A stretch of 64,000 bases of DNA from the human T2T-CHM13v2.0 reference genome, Homo sapiens. Positions 54,483 through 64,000 of the stretch are shown here, in pieces. Made by a program: the position numbers and the translations under genes. The notes beneath the pieces are model-generated. The model had not been told where the DNA came from and did no database searches. It was given only the letters and a program-made list of their open reading frames with translations. The stretch lies in assembly GCF_009914755.1 (NCBI RefSeq), contig NC_060926.1. One strand, given 5' to 3'. Every line of letters begins with the position of its first letter. The first letter of the stretch is position 1.

Positions 54483-55055
54483 TCAGTCAAGGTTTCCAGA
54501 CATTTACTTAAATACCTCACCTTGGAATGCACATTTAAAAATTAAGAAAAAAAATCTTGAAATAATTCCTTATATGAGCCAAATGCATTCATATAGTTCT
54601 TGTTCAATATATATATACACAAATAGTTGTTTCTCAAATTAAACACAAAATCCTTCCCCTTATTTTGTGGATAAATTAAGCCAAACATATTTCTAAAATA
54701 TGAGTAATGTGAGTGTCCATGCGTCATAAGAAAATGAAGGACAATCATTTTCATGTCAAAGACAAAATGTCAGTAAAATAAGGACATATAGATAATTTTG
54801 AAGTATAAATATTACTATAAGACTTTTATCTGTGAAGATGAAAAAGTGAAACTAAATAACTGCTCCTGTTTTTACATTTGTATACATTGAAATACATTTG
54901 TATTACAATGTGAAAAGTATAAAATGTTCCAAACAACTATGTTCCAAACATAGATGATTTGGATTTCATGCTTTACCCCAGAAACTTCATCCCATCTCCC
55001 ACCTTTAAATACTGGAAATGGATAGAGCGCATTAATAAATTTACCTACAGCATAC

Positions 55056-55136
55056 CTTTGACTTCATGTAGTGAAGCATTATTATTGCTATTGCTAGTGG
55101 ATGTTCTGCCACTATCAAGGCTGGCTGGTCTTGAAG
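55056..55136 (-). CDS. CCDC88A: CCDC88A coding exon (ASRPASLDSGRTSTSNSNNNASLHEVK)
   Basis: 81 nt, phase 1-1; acceptor tttAG, donor AAG|GTATGC. Confidence 0.92.
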
Positions 55137-55710
55137 CTAAATGAAAAAACCAGGAGACAGTGTGATAAAACTTCTAGCTGATGATGCTAATGAGCTTTTA
55201 CATTCTGATTACAGAATGCTTTGAGGAAGCAATCATGCATACTTTCACAAGATGAGCATGCCCAGATTAGAAAGCAAATTTCCAGATAGTTCATTGAGAC
55301 ACTTTAGAATAGGACACTTCTGAAACAATAGTTGAGATTCAAAGAGGAGGATAAAGTGCATATTTAGATTTGAAAATGAGTTCTAGATGGATATGCCAGG
55401 AGTGTTTTAGTTAAATAGAATGACATATCCCCCCAGATCCCCCAAAATGCTATTGATTGGGTCACCTACAACAGATCAGACAAGGAACTCTGCACATTGC
55501 AGAGATGTCAAGAAGAGGAGGAATACAAGCATCTATACAGTTAATGTCCTGTATTCCTATCTGTAACAAGGGTAACAACTGTATAATTAACACTGCCCTA
55601 TGCTAACTCTTAAAACCCTGTTTACATTAAAATTCCTTTAACATGTTATCCACTTATTGCCAATAGTTTGGTGAGATATGATTTTCCAGACAGAAATGGA
55701 AAATATCTGA

Positions 55711-56079
<369 letters not shown>

Positions 56080-56422
56080 TAAACTAATATGTATTTTAAA
56101 TTGGCATTTTAAACCAATGGTAAAATGCAACTCTTATAACTTTAATCTTATACAAAAATGGTAAGAAAATTACCTTTGAAGACTGTGCAGGCATACTTTA
56201 TAAATGACCTTGGCTAAAACAGAGAACATTTAGATGAAGCAATTATCTTAAAAGAGGCAGAAGGGAGTATTAGGTTTGAAGAAATGGTAGAGGTAACTAT
56301 GAGATGCAGGATAGAGAAAACATGCTTGCTGGCAATGCCGCATTCACCTATTAAAGGCAAGAGTCCTAGCATTCCCATTCTGTATTTAATGTGTACTCTC
56401 TAAATAAGGTTCATTATCTTAC

Positions 56423-56494
56423 CATGAACTCTTGATCCCGTACTAGAATCATCACTAACACCTTGTGGACTTATGTCTTCAAAGGATGTAGTAT
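56423..56494 (-). CDS. CCDC88A: CCDC88A coding exon (DTTSFEDISPQGVSDDSSTGSRVH)
   Basis: 72 nt, phase 1-1; acceptor tgtAG, donor ATG|GTAAGA. Confidence 0.92.
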
Positions 56495-57075
56495 CTACAT
56501 AAAATAGCAAAATGGATATAAAGATATTTTTGTAATAAAAAACCATTATAAAATTTTATTTACATAGAATATGGAAATTGTTTTTCAATCATGTGTAATA
56601 CAGATTGACTTAACATATTTCATAGACTCAACTAGGAATAAGAAAAATGACAACTCTCATTAGAGTTGACTTGCTTAGGGAAAACACCAAAAGCAATGAA
56701 ACAATCTCCCCTCTGACCCTGCAAAGCAAAACAAGAGCCTGGGTTGTTCTAGGTAGTTCTGTTGGAAGTTGTAGTGCTTTTAGTTTTTAGAAAACTAGCA
56801 TTGCCTTCTTTTATCACTCTTTACCTGGTTTACTTCTCGTTTTCTTGTTAATTCATTAGCTGTTTATTATGAAAGGAGGCCTGGAAAAGATTTTAGTTAT
56901 TTGTATAACGTTTTATATTTTTAAAATGATTTGAAAGTTCCTCCAAATCCAATACAGATCATGTTTTGATAATTATTTCAGGTTGCTGCTTTTTAAAAAG
57001 TACACAGGGAAAAGTCAAATTAAAATTCTTGTTGCCAACAATTACACCACAGTGCAAATAGCAGACAGCCTATAC

Positions 57076-57276
57076 CTTTATTATTAACCAACTGCTTGGA
57101 TCTGAAGCCTGCAGAAGAGTTGACAGTTGAAAAGTTGATGGCTGTAGTAGAGAAGGCCATAGCTCCCAATTCTTTTCTCCTTTTACCCGTTGAAATATCA
57201 TCAGGAACCTCCAAATTCTCAGTACTACCTGTCCACTGTCCTGCTAGGACCATGGACTGCACCAGGTCATTCATGG
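57076..57276 (-). CDS. CCDC88A: CCDC88A coding exon (SMNDLVQSMVL...KQLVNNK)
   Basis: ORF 57020..57274; acceptor cccAG, donor AAG|GTATAG; 201 nt. Confidence 0.93.
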
Positions 57277-58272
57277 CTGGGATGCAAATGAAAGCAAATG
57301 AATCAGCATGGTTAATGTATTTGTTCTTATTTCTATTTTGTAGTACAAATACTGTGGTTTTTGTCTATGAATTAATGCAAATGGACATAAAAAATTATAA
57401 CCACATGGTCATTTAAATTATGACATGCATTCAGCTGAATGAAATGAGTAGGCCAAAGGCTGATAAATTTCAATAAATACTTTTATCCCACCTCCACCCC
57501 CTTTAAAAGACAGAGAAAGGAATTTTACTAAGTACGACTGCCATGCGATTGTGCAGCGATGTGCTAAAACTTTAATTAGCAGCCTTCACAATGTGGTTTT
57601 GTGGTGACAAAAATGGAATGAATAAAGGTAAGATGGAGAGCAGTTCTTATATAGCATCATTATTGAAAATGAAAGTCCTTGGTCAGAGCAGGTTACTGAA
57701 GAAATTATTCATTTTATGACTCAATAAGTATACCATTCAATAAAAACCTGAAAGAGATGATATCTAAAGTGACAGACACTTAATGTGATTATGTAACTAC
57801 CCATGCCACATAAAAAAAGAAAATCCAGAATATTATTATTTAAAGAATGACAAGCATTTTCAAGGGTTTTTGGCCACTTTATTTATTTAATTAATCTGGT
57901 TCATTAAAGGAAATTAACTTCTAATGCTAAACATTTTGTTATATTCTTCTTAAGTAAACTTCTTTGGGAAAAAATCTCTATGGCATATAAAATAAAGGGT
58001 TTTTTTCCTGCCAATTTTTAGAAAGCACTGGAAATTTACGAGTAAGTTACATGTATGACTAGAAATATGCACGTATATGTATCAGTGGACATATACATAA
58101 TGCAAATTCAGTGCCACTTGAAAAAAAAAATTCTTCTAGCTCCTTATATTAGAGGAAGACTGACCTCTGCAAAATAAGGAAATTGGCACAGTCCAGAGAA
58201 AGGTTAGTGAAAAATTAGTAATGAAAGCCAGTGTAGTCAGTTGAAAGAAGCTGAACTGTCATAAAGTCTTAC

Positions 58273-58356
58273 ACATGGAACGACGGTAGCAGGCCTTCAT
58301 TTTGTCTTTATCCTTCGGTCTGTTCCTCAAAAAGGGCAGTCTTTTCAGTGCAACCA
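58273..58356 (-). CDS. CCDC88A: CCDC88A 84-nt cassette exon (VALKRLPFLRNRPKDKDKMKACYRRSM)
   Basis: Symmetric phase 1-1, 28 codons; weak aaAG acceptor after a long CU tract; donor GTAAGA. Confidence 0.88.
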
Positions 58357-61300
58357 CTTTAATGTCAGAGCATGAGGAAAAACAGAAACAGGGAGATGAA
58401 AGAAAAAAGGGAGAAGAACAGATGGGAGTTAAATGTTGAAATTAAGGACAGAAATGAATGTTTGAGTTTTAGCTATGTATGCTATATTAAGGCTATTATT
58501 CTCATGCTGCTGAGTGATAATGAAATATGAAATATGTACTTTGATATTTTAAAATACTTGGAAAAGCACTGAAGACAATGATGAGGAACATATACTTTTT
58601 TTTTTTTTTTTTTGAGACGGAGTTTTGCTCTTGTTGCCCAGGCTGGAGTGCAATGGCACGATCTCGGCTCACTGCAACCTCCGCCTGCGATTCTCCTGCC
58701 TCAGCCTCCCTAGTAGCTGGAATTACAGGCATGTGCCAACATGCCTGGCTAATTTTGTATTTTTAGTAGAGACAGGGTTTCTCCATGTTGGTCAGGCTGG
58801 TCTCGCACTCCCAACCTCAGGTGATCCGCCCACCTCAGCCTCCCAAAGTGCTGGGATTACAGGCGTGAGCCACCACGCCCGGCCTGAGGAACATATACTT
58901 TTAAAGCTTGGATTGGTTACAGTCCTATAAAAACAGGAACTGATTAGAATTATTTATGCAGGGATCAACTTTCCTAGTTAAGTCGTAAAGGTAAACCTTT
59001 AAAATGAAGGCTACTGGTGGTTCACAGAGTCTACATGATGAAAATGTACAAGGCTTTTGAAGTCTCTATTTTAACTATTTTAACTTTTTAAACATAAGTT
59101 AAAATATTTATTTTGGAAAACAAAAATAACTTAGGAAAATGCACATTCCACCACAGTATTTTATTAATATAAAGCAACAAAAATTAGGGTGCCCAGGGGA
59201 TGTTTAAAACAGTCTTAAAAACTTTAAGATTTCGAGGAATGGTAGCTTCTGCCTGTAATCCCAGGATTTTGGGAGGCCAAGGCAGGAGGATCGCTTGAGC
59301 CCAGGCGTTCAAGACCAGCCTGGGCAACAGAGCGAGAACCCATCCCTACAAAAAATTAGCCATGTGTGGTGAGCACCTGTAGTCCTAGCTGTTCTGGAGG
59401 GTGAGGCAGGAGGATCGCTTGAGCCCAGGAGTTCAAGGCTATAGTGAGCTATGATCACGCCACTGCACTCCAGCCTGGGTGACAGAAGGAGACCCTCTCT
59501 CAAAAACAACAAAACAAAACAAAACTCAAAAAAACCTTTCATTAGTTCATTACACTTCAGTAAAGAAAATAAATTCCTTCTTGGTTTAAACTGGATTCTG
59601 GTGCATTATTTAGCAGCACCACTGAAATAAAAATTCTTTTGACCAGAGTATTTCTAAAGATTAAATAAACAATCACATTAAGTTCATTTTACAAAAGATT
59701 CGTTGGGGGAAAGAGGGGAAAAAAAAGAGTATTTTGATAGTAGTAATAAGCATTAGCAATAAGCTCCGATAAACCTAAAAAATAAGGAGGTACCCCAAAG
59801 CAAGCAAAAATGAGAGAAAAGTATATCATTTTTAGATATTTTGAAGAGCTTTTTGAAGGAATTTGATTTTGTGAATAAAAGTTAGGATTATCACTAAAAT
59901 ATAGGAGTCATTAGAACAAAAATAAAAACGTTCACTAGAGTCACTAACCATTCTTAAGCTACATTTTAGTAAGATTTAACTATAAAAATTATTGTATCTT
60001 TTTAGAAATGTAATTTAGGAATTAGGAAAAACAATTTGCATAAAGACCTAAAAACATATTATACACTATTTAATAACTACATTCTTTCTCAGTGTTTGCT
60101 GTCATCGTGTAAATAATCACAGCTCTTTTGACAAACTAACAAGTATCATTTATTAGAGAGAGTGCAATGGACATATAGCTCTTTAACTTGTTTGATTGCT
60201 ATTAGGAGCAGTCATAATTCATTTAAGCTTTTAGTTTGACCTATTTCTTTTCAAGCTTAGTAAACACAGCTGTTTTCAATGATTAAGAAGAAATGAACTG
60301 AAAGCAATATAAAAATGGACACTTAGATAAAACAAAGCTGAGTGGTTGCAGCATGCACATGTTGTCTTGTTTACTTTTCTTTTTCTGTTTTTAATTTTTT
60401 TCCAAGGACTGCTTTACTGACAGATACTCTTCCAAAATGGACAGGATAAAAGGAGTTTTATATTTGTCAGGAAGAAATGATTCTTCTTATAGCAATGAGT
60501 TTGTATACATACAATGTTCATTTCCCAAAACATACTGAAATTAAGGGAACATTAGTATTTGTTGGGTTTGGGGTTTATTTTAAAAATTCTAAAACTAAAC
60601 AACTGTAGGAAAGGAGAATATCACTTCCTTCTGATTCTTATTCTGGATGTTTCAGCAGAGAATATGAAATGATGACAGATTTATACCTAAACAGACAAGA
60701 TGACTTCAAAAAAGACTTTTGTGCCTCTCTTGTGTATGCTTATATCTGAATTGACATTTTTTTCCTTTAAAGCCAGGCAGTGGTTCATGCCTGTAATCCC
60801 AGCACTTTGGGAGACCAAGGCAGGAGAATAGCTTGGGGCCAGGAGTTTGAGACCAGTCTGGGCTTAATAAGTGAGACCCTGTCTCTAAAAAACAATTAAA
60901 TAAAATAACAATTGTCAGTGCAGTGCTGTTTTCCTGTAGTCCCAGCTATTTGGGAGGATGACGCTGAAGCAGGAGGATCCCTTGAGTCCAGAAGTTCAAG
61001 ACTGCGGTGAGCTATCATTACACCACTGCGCTCCAGCTTGGGCAACAGAGTAAGACTCCATCTCTTAAAAAAAAAACTTCCTTTAAAAAAAAAATTAAGT
61101 ATACCTATTACTATTTCTTTCTTTTTTGTTTTTTTTGAGATGGAGTCTCGCTCCTGTCGTGCAGGCTGGAGTGCAGTGGCGTGATCTCAGCTCACTGCAA
61201 GCTCTGCCTCCTGGGTTCATGCCATTCTCCTGCCTCAGCCTCCTGAGTGGCTGGGACCACAGGCACCTGCCACCACGCCCAGCTAATTTTTTGTATTTTT

Positions 61301-61790
61301 AGTAGAGACAGGGTTTCACCATGTTGGCCAGGATGGTCTCAATCTCTTGACCTTGTGATCTGCCTGCCTCAACCTCCCAAAGTGCTGGAATTACAAGTGT
61401 GAGCCACCGCGCCCAGCCCCATTTCTTATTTGGTAAGATGTCAGATATTTTATATCCAAAGATAACAGATAAAATTAAGTTATCTGCCATCTTTTAAAGA
61501 AAACTTGATGACCTGTCTAAAACAGTAACTACTTGGAGGATTTGTATAGATTTACTTGGTGGACAAAACCAGACAGCAAAAGACCCAGGGTAACAATAAT
61601 TTTATGTGGGGATATAGAATTATAAAACTGCTTGACACACACACACACACGTACATATACATATATGTGTGTATATGTACATATATATACCTGTGTGTGT
61701 ATATATAAGTGTGTATGACTTTTTACGTTGCTTACCTATGGATTCTAGTTTTTAGGCTGCTATACTTGCATTCTGAAATATATCCCATAA

Positions 61791-61913
<123 letters not shown>

Positions 61914-62870
61914 TGAGTAGCTGGTGCATGCCACCACACTGGGCTAATTTTGGATTTTTAGTAGACACGAAGTTTCACCATGTTGGCCAGACTGGTCCTA
62001 AACTCCTGACCTCAAGTGATCTGCCCGCCTCAGCCTCCCAAAGTGCTGGGATTACAGGCATGAGCCACCGCGCCTGGCCTATAGCCCATAATTAATGCCT
62101 AATATCCTATACCCTAAAATACTATGTTTCCAGAGATAATTCACCTAAGCCAAAACACTGTGAATAGTTTTTTGAGTGCTTTGAGAGTTGCCCATTTGGA
62201 GAGTCTACCCCTGGGAGAAGCAGCAGCTGCATTTACCTGCTATTTCAAAAGAATAGAATGTGTCTGTGTGTGTGTGTGTTCAATTAGTGACATTAGTGAT
62301 AGTGTGAGAGGATTCAAAGTATCCTGTTCACATATTTTGTAAGAACTTTGATAGTAGTCAACTTCTTAGACATCTTTAAAAAAATTTTCTGATTTTCTTG
62401 GAATATACTTCCAAAGCTTTTACTTTGGTTTTACTGTTTAAGCATACTAGTAATGAAATTAAAAGGTTATAATTGTATAGAGCATATTATAATGCGGTAC
62501 TTCTAAATTTGTAATAAAAATTATATCATAAGTTTATAAACAAATATGTATCTCTTCACCTAATTTTTTTTTTTTTTTTTGAGAGAGAGTTTCACTCTTG
62601 TTGCCCAGGCTGGAGTGCAATGGTGCAATCTCAGCCTCAGCCTCTGCCTCCCAGGTTCAAGCGACTCTCCTGCCTCAGCCTCCCAAGTAGCTGGGATTAT
62701 AGGCATGCACCACAACGCCCGGCTAATTTTGTATTTTTAGTAGAGACGGGGTTTCTCCATGTTGGTCAGGCTGGTCTCCAACTCCCAACCTCAGGTGATC
62801 CGCCCGCCTCGCCATCCAAAGTGCTGGGATTACAGGCGTGAGCCACCGTTCCCGGCCTAATTTTTTTTAA

Positions 62871-63059
<189 letters not shown>

Positions 63060-64000
63060 TGACCCACTGAAAACCTTCGCCTCCCAGGTTCAAGTGATTC
63101 TCCTGCTTCAACCTCCTGAGTAGCTGGGATTATAGGTGCACAATACTACAACGGGCTAATTTTGTATTTTTCTTTCTTTCTTTTTTTTTTTTTTTTTTGA
63201 GATGGAGTTTCACTCTTGTTGCCCAGGCTGGAGCGCAATGGTGCAATCTCGGCCTCAGCCTCCCGAGTAGCTGGGATTACAGGCATGAGCCACCACGTCT
63301 GGCTAATTTTGTATTTTTAGTAGAGACGGGGTTTCTCCATGTTGGTCATGCTGGTCTCAAACTCCTGACCTCAGGTGATCTGCCCACCTCGGTCCCCCAA
63401 AGTGGTGGGATTACAGGGGTGTGCCACCGTGCCCGCCAGCACCTCTCTATTTTAGATCCTTTACCAAGCAATCCTTCAATAATTTTCTTAACCTTCTGTA
63501 ATTTCTAAATCATTGAATAACACCCCTTCAAATTCATACCTATTTTTGCTTCCCCAAATGTAACTTTGTTCCAATGTGACACCATCAAAGTATATGAGCA
63601 GAAACCTCATTATAGAATGCCTTATTATTCTGATTAAGTTATATATAATTATGAAAATGACATCTCATATTTCTAACTTGCTCCTTGTAACTGTCCTGTG
63701 AAGTATGAAGCAAAGGTAAAAGGCTTGCCCATATTAACAGAAATAGCAAGTGGCAGAGGTATTCCAGCTCTTATTTTAACTTTCTTTCTGCAATATTTTA
63801 CCCCTCTGGCCAAATGATAGTATATCTGTGTATGATTTACCTCAGAAAATTGTGTGGCTGTACACTAATGCAGTACACAATTAATTTTATGATGTTAAAT
63901 TAAAAAGAAATGCCATTCATCAGACTATTCCCCCAAAGGACTACTGAAGTTTTAAAAAATCTTTAGAAAGGATTCTAAATCAATACGATGTTTAAAGAGT

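Noticed and set aside
55045-55055. Second donor TAG|GTAAAT 11 nt past the 55056 exon
   Set aside because: Frameshifting, with no evidence of use beyond the motif itself

Overview
This is a primate, most likely human, genomic window; I recognise the genes as the chr2p16.1 cluster, from memory and without a database search. It is very Alu-rich and contains three genes. (1) The 5' half of MTIF2 (mitochondrial IF2) lies on the minus strand, with a CpG-island/ETS promoter near 24.4 kb, two MIR-derived 5'UTR exons and seven coding exons (codons 1-369). (2) PRORSD1P (ProXp-ala/PrdX, YbaK-family Ala-tRNA(Pro) deacylase) lies on the plus strand. It is usually called a pseudogene, but its two exons splice into an uninterrupted 172-codon frame whose only clear lesion is ACG at the start position. 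(3) The 3' end of CCDC88A (Girdin/GIV) lies on the minus strand, with seven coding exons, a 3'UTR intron, a long 3'UTR and an intron read-through ending in a PDZ-binding motif. Three TSD-flanked solo LTRs (LTR15-, LTR5- and LTR10-like) sit between the divergent MTIF2 and PRORSD1P promoters. There are also two Y-RNA retrocopies, Tigger/MER DNA transposon relics and microsatellites. The best leads are possible non-AUG translation of PRORSD1P, a candidate third terminal exon and a 40-nt poison exon in CCDC88A, and a splicing-controlled switch between a uORF and an N-terminal extension in MTIF2. Only selected Alus are listed, and most ORFs in the supplied track are repeat-derived noise.
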